64,000 nt of DNA from Macrostomum hystrix (lineage: Eukaryota > Animalia > Platyhelminthes): positions 2,604,001 to 2,668,000 of the forward strand of contig CATNEN010000012.1 in the NCBI GenBank assembly GCA_950097015.1, given 5' to 3'. Of this stretch, positions 1-12,284 are shown in pieces. Made by a program: the position numbers and the translations under genes. Below the pieces are notes generated by a model. It did no database searches and was not told the origin of the DNA. It saw only the letters and a list, made by a program, of their open reading frames with translations. Numbering within the stretch: the first letter of the stretch is position 1; each line of letters begins with the position of its first letter.

Positions 1-1771
1 CTATAGCTGTAGATAATATCTCCCCCGGTGTCTCACAGTAATACTAATACGAATTGATAATATTTCTGCACTGGCACATTACTTGGCCACAGTAGAACAG
101 CAGCCGGTGAAGAGACAATTCTGCTCTTTCCGCTGACTCCTGAGCACGCACAAAGGTGTCTACATCTGCCATGACTTTAGCATTTTCAGACAATCTACAC
201 TCTTTCTATGCTTGAGGTAGGCCCTGAAGCGCATAAATTGACAACTCTCCCTTTCTGCACCCTAAATAAACGTGGCCTCGCCGCTGAATGGAACTCATGG
301 AATTTGGTGCGAGAGGTGAATAGAGGTCCAATACTCAACGAATAGCCACCTTTTGGCTATCTTGGAGAGCCATCTTATTATTGGCATTTGGGACTAAGCC
401 AGCCTATATTAATCAGTAGCTGCAAACAAGTAGGAAGGAAAAATGGAAAAAATGCTCACTGATCACTGCTCAATGATTATATACGATAGCTAACAGGCTA
501 GATAAAAGTACACCCTGAGAAGAGAGAATTAGGCAAAAATGGGCTACTAGGAAGTATTATATGGGCTGGGTCAGTTTTGTGGCCTAAGGATGCAATGAGA
601 GTTTGAGATAAGAAAGATAAAGAGAGAATCAGAGCACTCCAAAAATGGATTTTTTCATTCTATGAAAGCAAACAGAAAGCAAGGCGGTGGAGGGGAGTCT
701 AAAGGCACGGCTACTGGGAACTAATCATAATGCTCTTTAATATTTTATCGACCAGCTTACAAAACAGACTGTATACAGAAATTTGAGACTAACTTGCTTT
801 AAACAAAATTTCTACAGAAGACAGACACAGCAGCGTTTACACCAGAGATAGATTAAACTGCAGTCCAGCTTGTGAACATATTGCTAAACAGTAAGCGAGG
901 TCAGGCAGGGAATCTTTGAAGTCGCATACGCATTTTCTCTACCCCATCAGGCAATGCACAAGTTCATCCCGTGCGCATCGCTGCTGCAGCTTAGTCACAT
1001 TTCTAAAAACTGCCTAGCTTTCCCCTCAACCCCCTAACGCAGCAAATAATATCACTAAGGCCATACCGCCCAGCTGGATTTGGGTCTATGGGGCGGGTAG
1101 TATACGTGGGGTGGGGTTGGGTAGGGCCAGAGGGTTCAGTGACGACCGACTATCGAGGCTGAAATCAACTAAGGAAACGAAGAGACGAAAATTTCTAAAA
1201 AAGATAGGTACACAACGAATGCACCAGAATGGGATTTGGGAGGCAAACTGGGCCCTGGGGTACGAAAGGAATGGCCAAAACGAGGATAGTAGATGAGAAA
1301 TAGGACTAACAGGGTAGCCTTGCCTCTTAGAGGCGCAGGATTTTCTGCACCCAGTTACAAGATTACGCCAATGCTAAGAAAGGGTAAAAAGTGCCAAGTG
1401 TGTCCAGTAGCCTAAGACAGTAGCGGAAACTGATGCATCAGCTTGGATCACTTTGAAGCTGCATAGAGAGAGAGGCAGAGAGGGAATAGCATTACTGCAG
1501 CCTAAGCGAAGATGTGTTTACATTACATAGCTTTATAGTTCTAGCAAGTGTATGCACTGAATATAGTAAAATATGTTATGCCAAAGCTAACAGAATCTCT
1601 AAATTACCAGATAAAAAAAGTAGAATGGATTCCTCCTTGTCTTAATAAGGCGATCAATTGCTATAGACTATAGACTGTGTGATAAAAAAATTAAATTCGA
1701 AAAAACACAACTAATAAACTGCATATGCTTTGGATATATAAAATAATTAATTAATAATAATTTATAATTGT

Positions 1772-2059
1772 TTACACCTGTCCCAATTGGGCCAGATGTG
1801 TAGCCAACAGCACAGCTGCAGCTATTGCATGGCACATCTGAAGACTACATACAGCTGTTCAGTCCATAGACTAGGGGGCCGCCACACCCACCTTCAATTA
1901 TCCCAGCTGATGCTGGTACCCTTAACAGCTAGGTGAACTGAAGCAATTCAGAGTTAAGTGTCTTGCTAAAGGACACAAATTGTTTCAGTGGAGTTGGGAA
2001 TCAAACCCCTGACATTCAAGTTGTGAGTCTGACACCCTAACCACTAGGCTACAACCTCT
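1772..2059 (-). mobile_element. tRNA-derived SINE, family A (copy 1)
   Basis: The reverse strand begins with a tRNA-like head (A-box-like TAGCCTAGTGGTTAGG, B-box-like GGTTTGATTCC). It is followed by a core GTGTCCTTTAGCAAGACACTTAACTCTG...TTCAGTTCACCTAGCTGTTAA. Homologous copies lie at 11683-11972, 19398-19578 and 57098-57286. Confidence 0.85.
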
Positions 2060-2094
2060 GAGTTGTCATCTGTTGGTGTCATCTGTATTATTAT

Positions 2095-2372
2095 TAAATA
2101 AAAATAAAAATATTTGTAGGAGGGCTGTGGGTAATGGCACAACATTTCATGACACAAGACCCACAGCCAGAAAAGGCAATTCTGTCTATTTTGCTGATTC
2201 TGGAGCTGACACACACACACATGTAGATACCATATACAAATATGTGCTAATTGCACAACAAGCCACCAAGCCTTCTCTCAGTGGCTGTGCCCCAAATAAA
2301 TGTGGCCTTGCTACAGAATCAAGCTTAGGGACATAAGCACAAGAGGCAATTGCACTAGATTGTTCTGCCACT
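2095..2372 (-). mobile_element. tRNA-derived SINE, family B (degenerate copy)
   Basis: Colinear similarity to 52115-52495: AGCCACCAAGCCTTCTCTC, CCAAAT.AATGTGGCCT, and GGCAATTCTG.C.ATTT.GCTGA.TCTG. Confidence 0.7.
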
Positions 2373-3269
2373 GTCATATTAATTACATAGAATAAGAAAT
2401 TGGGCTCCAACCAGTGAATCATATCAGACAATAGTAATAAGTGAGAAAGAGAATGATATGTAATCGAAACACTTTATACAAATTTTAAAGGTAACATTAC
2501 ACTGCAAAAACATATTTTGTACATCTTTTTAAATACATGTGATACATACATATGAAAAAAATTATAAGAGAAAAATGATTTCATATAACTTTCTTTATAC
2601 AGCCTACATCTGTTTAAATATCTAATTAGAATTGACATCTATATATATAAAAGTGAAAACTCTGTGTGTCTGTGTGTGTGTGTGTGTGTGCAACCTTTTG
2701 TCTTTATAGACGCCGAAACCGCTCAACCAAATCGCACCAAACTTTGCACATACCTAAAACCACCTACGCTGAGTGCAATAGGCTACTCAAATTCCCGAAA
2801 AATCATTTCCTTCCTGCTCAAAAGTGCAAAAAACTGCTCAAAAATCGTCAAAAAATCACTCAATTTGACATATCGTCGCCCCACTTTGTCAGATTTTCTC
2901 CAAATTTGATCCACTTACACTTTACATGTTTTCCAACAATGCTGTCAATTTTGAACATCTCTACTCAATCCAGAGCAAAGCTGCATCATCTCAAAGTGAG
3001 TCACTTTTTGTTTTCTGAGGACAGCCACCCCAACTCCCCTCCGCCACTCTGCGGGCCAAATTTTATTACAGCCACCCCCTCCCTTCCCCGGGCGCCGAAG
3101 CCCCAGACTGTACATTGTATTTCAAGCCGTGAATGTACACAGCCCAAACCCCTAGACTGTCTACTGGCCCCCAAGCAGCACTGAGACTGAGTGCGGTGAG
3201 TGCGGTGGCGTCCCAGTGTGCAGGGCTCTCCGGTCGATATTTCTCTCCAGCCAGCCTGGGATAGAAGAA

Positions 3270-3903
3270 AGAGAGAGGCTGGCGTTGACTGGCTGTCAGA
3301 GAGGGCAATTCTGTGTCCTAGAAATGATGCCGCCAACGAAATTAACTACCAACTGCCTTCAGGAGTTGCCAGGTGCAGTTTTCACCTACAAGTCAATTGA
3401 TACAACGTTGACTGATGACACCAGCTGTGGAGTATCCTGTTGAGTTTCTGAACTCTCTAGATCCTCCTGGAACTCCATCGCACAACTTGCAGCTGAAAGT
3501 TGGGGCACCAATTATGCTCCTCCGCAACCTGAATGCGCCAAGGCTGTGTAACGGCACCAGACTGATAGTCAGGCGGCTCTTCCCACATGTGATTGAGGCC
3601 ACGATAATGACTGGATCTGGCAGAGGAGAGTCTGTGTTCGTTCCCCGGATTCCAATTATCCCCACGGACCTGCCATTTCAGTTCAAGCGACTGCAGTTCC
3701 CTGTGAGAGTGTGCTTTGCGATGACTATTAACAAGGCTCAGGGACAGTCGCTGAAGGTGGCTGGCATCAACCTGGAGACTCCTTGCTTCTCGCATGGGCA
3801 GCTTTATGTCGCCTGCTCCCGTGTTGGAACTCCAGCTGGCCTATTCATTTTCGCACCAAGGGGAAGAACGAAGAATGTGGTGTATCCCCAGGCCTTGAGG
3901 TGA
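3270..3903 (+). pseudogene. Frameshifted C-terminal fragment of a Helitron PIF1-family helicase
   Basis: The motifs [91 protein letters not shown] and TKNVVY are split over three frames. Confidence 0.9.
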
Positions 3904-4055
3904 CTCGCAAGCAATTAATAGAAAAGTAGTCATGAATTGATCTTGACTTGTCTAACTCTGAACTCTGAAACAGTTTAATTTTGTTTCTTTGACATTGTTA
4001 TTGTTATGCCATGGCTATTTTCCTTATGCATACGCGTGTACATGCATACTGTATA

Positions 4056-4330
4056 CAGAGGCAGATTTAGGGGGGGGGGCGGGGGGGCAGTCGCCCCCCT
4101 AAATTTTAATCATGGGAATAAGATGCCCCCACCAGGGGCGCCAGTCGCAGCACTGGCGCCCCTTTTCGGCCGCTGGCGCCCCTTTTTCAGCCGCTGGCTC
4201 CCGTTTTTCAGCCGCTGGTGCCCTTTCTTGGCTCCTGGCGCCCTTTTTCGGCCGCTGGCACCCCCTCTGTGATTCTCATGGCGCTCCCCTGACAGACCGC
4301 CCCAAAACAAAATTCCTGGATCTGCCACTG
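4056..4330. mobile_element. hAT-type MITE (275 bp) nested in the Helitron
   Basis: TIRs are CAGAGGCAGATTTAGG and CCTGGATCTGCCACTG. An exact 8-bp TSD ACTGTATA lies at 4048-4055 and 4331-4338. Confidence 0.9.
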
Positions 4331-5419
4331 ACTGTATAGAGGAGTGGCTAAGAGACATGTTCCTAAAGAAGTAATCAAGAGGGGGCTTTTTGGACAACCT
4401 TTTCACTTATTTTTTACTTAAAACGCCCTTAAACAAACTCTTCACTTTTCATTAATGCAGTAAATAAATAAATGGTGACCTTCACTATAAAGTTAATACA
4501 GAGACGTGAATTGCTTACTGCTTTGCTTTAAATTTCTGCCCCAAAAACAACGGGCAAAAAAAGCTAGTCAATCTATAAAGTTTTATTTACAATTATTACA
4601 AAAGTTAGTCTTACAATTCTATATTTTTGGGATTTACTATGCCAGACTGTTCATGATTTATGCTTAGAAAATTAGTAGTGTGTTAGCAAAATGCAGATGT
4701 GCTAATACTTCCCCTCCCACTAACCAGCTCATCCTTTTTGGCCATAGACACTCCCAAGCATGTTAATGATCAAAATTCCAAGTCATTGCATTGATTTAAA
4801 ATAAAACTTTAAAGAAAAACTTTTTAAACAAATGATTAAAAAAGAATGCCTAAGAAAATATAACATCTTCTAATTGCACTGTTTTTGCATCAAAGAAAAG
4901 ATTTTTCTTCTTCTATTTTTCAATTATTTAAATACATGAAGTAAACATTTATCTAATATAAAAACAATATTTTTCGTGGTTTGTCATCTTTACTATTTGA
5001 ATTTGAATGAGTATCAATTGTGTATCTGATCAAGTACCAAACAAAGAAGTTGTTTTCTATTAAATTTGTTTAAGAGTCTTTTATTGAAGTACAACATACA
5101 AAATAGCTTTAGTGTTTGCATACAGTGCATAATTTTTTCAGTGGTCAATTTTTATCAGCTCCATTTTTTCACACTCACTCACTTTCCTGACAATGGCATA
5201 CATAGGGTCTAGCTCAGGGGACCTTTCCAGAATTTGATACTAAGGGCCTGACTCATTGGTAGTAGCTATAGCCAAAAAATCCATATCTCATTATCTGAAG
5301 CTGCTTTTGTTCATAGGAGTGCACACCAGTGATTGAGTGCCTGCACTATTTTATTATTAAAGAGAGAAAGAAAGTCATTTCCTAAGTCACATTTAAAAAA
5401 ACTGCCTGGCTTTCCCTTC

Positions 5420-5834
5420 GGATCCAAGACACTTTGTTATCTTACAACTTTGTCATCCACTTGGAAGGTAGGACACTTCGTCATCCAGCCAATTGGCATG
5501 CTTTGGTCAGTTCGCATCTACTAATAACAAGCAATCTAGTTCGTCATCAATAAGTGAGGGTGGGGTGGTGGGGCAGAGGTGTGAACACACTTCACACTCT
5601 AAATTGTCAAAAAGAGGTGTTGAAACTGATTTCATTATAAGAGTTGAAAGATAGGTGGCAACACAATGTGAGGAGGGGTGGGGAAGGGTGGTTCTGTTCT
5701 AACTTTGAAAACTTTTGTTTTATAGATGACAAAGTGTCCACAAGTCTAAGTCTCTTCGTCATCCATCCTCTGAGATATTGGACAGATCGTCATCTGGATG
5801 ACGAAGTTGTAAGATGATGAAGTGTCCAGGTACC
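5420..5834. mobile_element. MITE with 40-bp GG-starting TIRs and 8-bp TSD (Merlin-like)
   Basis: The left TIR 5420-5459 matches the reverse complement of 5795-5834 at 32/40 positions. An exact TSD TTCCCTTC lies at 5412-5419 and 5835-5842. Internal TTCGTCATC motifs are repeated. Confidence 0.8.
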
Positions 5835-7049
5835 TTCCCTTCAACCCCCTAGGATTGAGGATAAAACGTGATTTTTATGACATATAAGTCTGTGAATCAT
5901 TCATTTAAACAACTTTCAGTGACATAAGACTACAGATTAAATAGCGCTAGTGCTTTATATTACAAAAAACGAATAGTGAATGCAAGTAGAAAAATTAAAT
6001 TAGCAATAGCAATTCATATATGAACTTCAGTTTTATTGCACTCATTTTAGAGCTGAAGTCTCTAGGCTTTCATTCACAGTGACATAAGTTACTATAGTGA
6101 CATTTAAATTAGTTAATTAGAAATGGTAATTAATACTTTCAATTCTATAAATTCAATAACTAATTTTTATACATAATATAGCATTTTTATGGTCTTAGGT
6201 CTAGTGTTATAGGCCCCTATACTTTCAACTTGAGAGTTCTAAAGCAGAAAATAATAGAGTTTTATTATGCCTTTCATCTAGATTTTAGTAAAATTATCAA
6301 AAATATATTTATAAGCTAAACATACGATATACAAAGCATGTTACGTCAAAAATTCGAAAGACAAAGCGCTGTGTTGTCGTAATAATTATGTGAATAATTT
6401 TATTTTCCTAAAATTTAAATTCAGATATTCGTCATTAATTGTTATAACAAACTCTTGCGACAAAAAACTAGGCCTACATTAAGACACGTTTTGTAAGCTC
6501 ACCATACCAATTAGTATTTTTTTATATTTATAAAATTGCTATATTTTAGGTACGTGCTATATTTTAAATAACTCGTACCGCGCTTTAGTTTACTTCCTTA
6601 CAATGTAATTATTCAATTGATTTCTAAAGCAAACATTTAGCGATTTTCTAAGCTCATCTGTGCTGAAAAATTAATCTGCAAATCAGGCTAAGCGGAACTC
6701 GATCTTCAGTTAAAAAAGTAACTGTTGATACGACTTGTTTTTCAAAGGCAATAATTAGTATAGTAAATTATATAATTCCCTTCCATAACCAAAGTGCTGG
6801 GAAAATTCCTAATATGAATGACACATGCACTAGAAATTGATTGTGAGTTACGTATTCTCTGTCGCCTTGAGAATTTCGAACGGCAAGTACTAGTTGCATA
6901 TCACTACAGCTGGCAATATCATTTTACATAATGACTTTAGATTAATTTCACAGAAACTATAATTTACACATAACGACAGGAAGAGATAGCTGCTATAAGA
7001 CTGTCATACTACTATGAAGAATATAGCTCATGATCATTCCGCCTCTGGG

Positions 7050-7990
7050 GTCGATTCCATTCCCACAAGGGTCTTAAAGTTGCCAGAGCTAATCCCTAGC
7101 TGCAGCCATAGCCGATCCACCTGCGTGGTTGCATGCTGTCTTACTATGGCGTTCCGCTTGTACTCATGGTTATAGCTGCGTTGATAATGGATCTCTGCAG
7201 CGACTCTAAAGCTTTTGTCCAGACGAGCAAGGGCCCAACCGAGAATTTCGCGTGGATAATGTGCTGCGCCGCTCCCTTCAAGAGGACGACAGCTACATGC
7301 AGGTCCCATGCCGAAGCTCCCGACACTGCTGTTCCACTGCCTGCTCTCGCGTATGCCGATGACATCGCGCTTCCCTGTCGTGACCTAGGTGCTGCCAACA
7401 CGCGCACTTCCTGACTCTTTGAGGGCGCTCGTATTGTATGGATGATGTACACCGCCCCCGGCACTCGCGCGAGTCGCGCTGCCCAACGGAAATGACATCG
7501 CGAGGACTTCCGGTACCTTCGATCGCTTAATCAATTGCAAAGAGCCCGGACTCCATAGTCTCCGACAGGAGGAATCAGCTAGCCTGGTGCGCGGCGCACC
7601 TGCTCAGGAACGTCTTCAACTCGGCTGCGGGGTGGGGCGGTCTATATGATGCGCCGATCCTCTTGTACTCGAACGGCGTGGAAGCGGTGCCGATGACCGT
7701 CACAAGAACTCGAGCCCTGAACGCGCTCTACACGTACAAGTCGATCGCTGTTGCGCTACGCACTGGAAGTGCACTACCCCGAATCCTGATGGCCCGCGCC
7801 GGCGTCACAGACCTGAGCGTCACCATGCGCCGGCGCCGCCAGATACTACTGGGCCACTGCCTGTGGAGTCACGGCCGCGGCGACCAAGTCCCCGCGAACC
7901 GTGACCCGGACAGACTGTTCAATTGTTGACTTGGCAGGCGCAGGGCCTTAGCCCCCAGACCCCAGCCTTTCCCTCCTGCCTGTTTCGCGA
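7050..7990 (+). pseudogene. Decayed non-LTR retrotransposon reverse transcriptase fragment (RTE-like)
   Basis: Contains ALAYADDIAL (RT YADD motif). Downstream are LYSNGVEAVPMT..RALNA and MRRRRQILLGHC, resembling the RTE-clade LYGxExW and RRRLRxxGH motifs. Frameshifts and stops interrupt it. Confidence 0.75.
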
Positions 7991-8856
7991 GTCGTTAGCA
8001 ACTTCGATAGCGAGCATCGTGCTATAGATGCCTATGGCATAAAGTAGCGAAAGTCTTAAGACTAAACGATGAGCAGCGCATTTAATTTTCAATCATTCCT
8101 GCATGCAACATCTACATCACTTACTGTACACACTACTGACGTGTATATTTGCAACTACACCCTACAATAATAGCAAAAGGAAACAGAGTAAAATAGTACA
8201 AAACAGCGCTCAACGATAATAAGCAAATAGTAGTTATCCCTGATTGAGTTGATATAAATAAGGACAGGAAAATGTGTGAAAAATAGCAATCAAGAAGACA
8301 ATAATGGATGCCTGTAAAAATAGGATGCGTTTTTCTCAATGAGAGAACAGCATATTTTCTGAAAACATTAGCAGCAATAAATTAATATAATACAAACCAG
8401 ATGCAACTAGTACAGGACAGCCTAAAAGGTAGGATAATAAAAGTTGATAATTATATTTAACTGATATAATATAAGAGTAGTAAGTAACATAACATAACAG
8501 TAATATAATAATTGCTTTAAATTTTTGCCCCTAAATGTCGATGGCCAAGAAATGCGGAGACTACGTACTTGCCAACTGGCTTTGCCTCACATTGTAAAAC
8601 GGTTGCAATTGCTTATTAGTGATGTTTCGCAATAAAGTGTGTCGATAAAGAATTTTAATCAGCGGCGACTTTTTACAAATCATAAATCGAATTTTAAAAA
8701 AGCTGACTTCGCACAAATTGCTTTGGACACAAAAATAATTTATATGAAAATTGCAGCGATATTTGACAAAAAATAGCTTCGCAGACTGACCAACTCTTCG
8801 TATATTATAGACATCTAGCAATCTTTGCACTCCGCTGAAGACCACTAATGGAGCAA

Positions 8857-9485
8857 TCTCACTCTATGCCTCTGATTCGTTCACTGCGACAGCCACCTCA
8901 CTCGCCTCTGATTCGTCCACTGCGACAGCCACCTCACTCTATGCCTCTGATTCGTCCACTGCGACAGCCACCTCACTCGCCTCTGATTCGTCCACTGCGA
9001 CAGCCACCTCACTCTATGCCTCTGATTCGTCCACTGCGACAGCCACCTCACTCGCCTCTGATTCGTCCACTGCGACAGCCACCTCACTCGCCTCTGATTC
9101 GTCCACTGCGACAGCCACCTCACTCTATGCCTCTGATTCGTCCACTGCGACAGCCACCTTACTCTATGCCTCTGATTCGTCCACTGCGACAGCCACCTTA
9201 CTCTATGCCTCTGATTCGTCCACTGCGACAGCCACCTCACTCGCCTCTGATTCGTCCACTGCGACAGCCACCTCACTCGCCTCTGATTCGTCCACTGCGA
9301 CAGCCACCTCACTCTATGCCTCTGATTCGTCCACTGCGACAGCCACCTTACTCTATGCCTCTGATTCGTCCACTGCGACAGCCACCTTACTCTATGCCTC
9401 TGATTCGTCCACTGCGACAGCCACCTCACTCGCCTCTGATTCGTCCACTGCGACAGCAACCTCACTCGCCTCTGATTCGTCCAGT
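8857..9485. repeat. Minisatellite, mixed 36/39-bp units (CTCACT[CG/CTATG]CCTCTGATTCGTCCACTGCGACAGCCAC)
   Basis: About 17 direct tandem units; produces the PLIRPLRQPPHS and RWLSQWTNQR ORFs. Confidence 0.95.
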
Positions 9486-10179
9486 GACACCAACCTCACT
9501 CCACTGACTGATTCGACCCTCTGACACCCACTTAATTCCTTAACTCTGATTCGAGGACTACTGCAGCCAGAATTTAGAAAAGCTATGTAAAAATTGACAA
9601 GCTTGTAAATTACCACTAAAGTACATTCTTAGATGTAATTAATAAAAAGTGTATCAAGCAAGAGCAAATAGGAGTTATGTAGAGAAATTATTTGAAAATT
9701 CTAGCACTGAGATTTACAAGAAAAATTATGAAGTGCAATACAAGAGTACAAGTAGAATTCATTTTTAGCTCCAATGGATCCCCTGATAGCTGCATTTTAT
9801 ATTAAAAGGCGATAAAATTTGTACTGCTAGAACATAATGACGCAACAAGCCTAATTAAATATATGCTAATAAGATGTTCTAAAATATAAACAAAACAAAC
9901 AAGTAAATCGAAGCAACAACAAAAAAATAAACATATCAAGTGAAGCAGAACAAAAAAACATAAAAATAGAACGAATGTTACATATACGCATAATTTTATA
10001 CAAACGAACTTAACGACTCGCATAAATGCCGACGCAATGGACTTCAAACGAAAACAAAAAGGGAGACAATAACAGAACCGGTTAATCAATCATGTGATCA
10101 ATACAAGTAAGAAACAGCGCATAGGTGTTTGAAGTACCGATTAAGCATAATAATTCACCACCCCCTTGACTGTCTAAAC

Positions 10180-10726
10180 CAGGGGTCGGCAAACTCCGGC
10201 CCGCGGGCCAGATGCGGCCCTCGAAGCTCCCAAATCCGGCCCGTTGCCCCTTCTGACATCTACAGTGTCCTGTTTCATCTCTCTCGTGTCTAATCTCTCC
10301 CGTGTCTAATCTCTCTCGTGTCTAATCTCTCCCGTGTCTAATCTCTCCCGTGTCTAATCTCTCCCGTGTCTAATTTCTCCCGTGTCTAATCTCTCCCGTG
10401 TCTAATCTCTCCCGTGTCTAATCTCTCCCGTGTCTAATCTCTCCCGTGTCTAATCTCTCCCGTGTCTAATCTCTCCCGTGTCTAATTTCTTCCGTATCTA
10501 ATCTCTCCCGTGTCTAATCTCTCCCGTGTCTAATCTCTTCCGTGTCTAATCTCTTCCCTGTCTTATCTCTCCCGTGTCTCATCTCTCTCGTGTCCCATCT
10601 TTCCTGTGTCTCATCTCTCACGTGTCTCATCTCTCCCCTATCTCATATTTATACAGTCAATGCGGCCCGCTGTCGTCTTTTAGGCTCTCTCTTTGGCCCG
10701 CCAGAAAATAAGTTTGCCTACCCCTG
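10180..10726. mobile_element. hAT (Charlie/Buster-type) MITE carrying an internal 16-bp tandem array
   Basis: TIRs are CAGGGGTCGGCAAACT and AGTTTGCCTACCCCTG, with subterminal CGGCCCGC motifs. An exact 8-bp TSD GTCTAAAC lies at 10172-10179 and 10727-10734. An internal (TCTAATCTCTCCCGTG)n array spans about 10275-10640. Confidence 0.92.
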
Positions 10727-11682
10727 GTCTAAACTGTTTGCCCAATCGGCAGAATTACTCTATCAATAAACTGGCCGATAAGATTATAAATCCTTAATTT
10801 TTTACAGGAGACACCTCACATATATTCCATCCTGAACACCTAGGCAGTAATGCAATAATCTTATTTACAATCCGATATGTGCCGAAAAAATACAAAGCAA
10901 GCTAAAATACAATGACGCAAATGTAAGCTGAACAATTTTAGCAAAATAAAACAAAAGCAAAGAAGCAAACAATGCGAAAACAAACACAATCAGTCCTTAC
11001 GTTTGGGTTAGAATCGGCGTTTTCTAAGCATGCTGGCACTAAAATAGCTACTTTGCGTAGTAGTATACACCCCGGAATCAGTAGTATATAAGGTGCATAT
11101 TATTAGCAAAAAGCGAAGGAAGGAAAAAGAAAAACAATTTTTAACTTTAAAATGCGAAAACTTCCAGCAAGCCTTGCCTATAAAAAAAGGAGCAAAACCA
11201 AATGATATGCGCTACATATACTACTGACACTGCAGCCTTATCTAGTAGCTAGTAGCATGGAGCTGCCTGCAAGAGACTGCAAGAATGGGTGAAGCCTGTG
11301 CTGCAAGGAGTACAGAAAACTAGGTTTAAAAATTGTAGGAAAAAAAGCTAAAAATAAGCAAACAAAACTTGGCGCAAAAAATAAACAGCTGTCTTGCTAA
11401 CAAATAAACTACAAAAATAGACATCAATAAACACTAAACGCGAGTTTAGAGGCCAACTCAGCAGAAATTAGTGACACATTTAGATGTAATTATGTGCAAA
11501 TTCTTCTGATTCAAGCGATTCGTGACACTGGAAAAGCGACCTTAATGTAATTACGCCAATACAAAATTAGTAATGAATTTAAGAAGAAAGTTATAGACTT
11601 ACAGGACATAGTGCTAGTCCGAACCTGACTAATTATGTACTTTAAGTACAAACATGATGTCTAGAGATAATGGATTGATTGA

Positions 11683-11972
11683 TTACACCTGCCCCAATTG
11701 GGCCCGATGGACAGCCGACAGCACAGCCGCAGCTATTGCGCGGCGCATCTAAGGGCTGCGTACAGCTGTTCAGTCCATGGACTGGGGGGCCGCCACGCCC
11801 ACCTTCAATTATCCCAGCTAATGCTGGTACCCATTTAACAGCTGGGTGAACTGAAGCAATGCAGAGTTAAGTGTCTTGCTAAAGGACACAAATTGTTCCA
11901 GTGGAGTCGGGAATCGAACCGCCGACCTTGAAGTCGTGAGTCCGACGCCCTAACCACAAGGCTAAAACCTCT
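11683..11972 (-). mobile_element. tRNA-derived SINE, family A (copy 2, best preserved)
   Basis: The minus strand reads TAGCCTTGTGGTTAGGGCGTCGGACTCACGAC...GGTTCGATTCCCGACTCC (A and B boxes), then the shared core, then an (AATC)n-like tail. Confidence 0.88.
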
Positions 11973-12284
11973 ACTGTAATGGGAATAATGGGAGATGGGA
12001 GATTATGGGAGATAATGGGAACATACGAAATAGCAAAAAAATTATTTCAAGAAACAGAAAATAACTTTTATAAAACAATAATTATCATATTTGACAACTT
12101 TAAAACCGAATTGCAGGAAAAAAAACTATAAAACGCGACTTGCTTGAGGCCAAAAGTACAATAACCACTATTGAAATAGAAATGGGAGGAGACACTGAAA
12201 TTGCGAATGACTCAACCATGAGAAAAAAAATAATACATAACAGTATAATTATGACTCAATTATCCCAGATAGCACAGAAATCCC

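Larger units (their letters stand above)
2638..4567 (+). mobile_element. Non-autonomous Helitron (internal deletion derivative) with intact termini
   Basis: The 5' end is TCTATATATATAAAA, preceded by A at 2637. The 3' end has a TGCCC-N-GGGCA hairpin, then CTAG (4564-4567), then T at 4568, giving the A|T target with no TSD. It contains the C-terminal half of a Helitron PIF1-type helicase and no Rep domain. Confidence 0.9.

Noticed and set aside
3415-3903. Host PIF1 helicase gene
   Set aside because: It is frameshifted, intronless and enclosed by Helitron termini.
11890-11972. Apparent tRNA genes here and near 2000, 19530, 52450 and 57230
   Set aside because: These are tRNA-like heads fused to shared SINE bodies, and no complete cloverleaf is evident.
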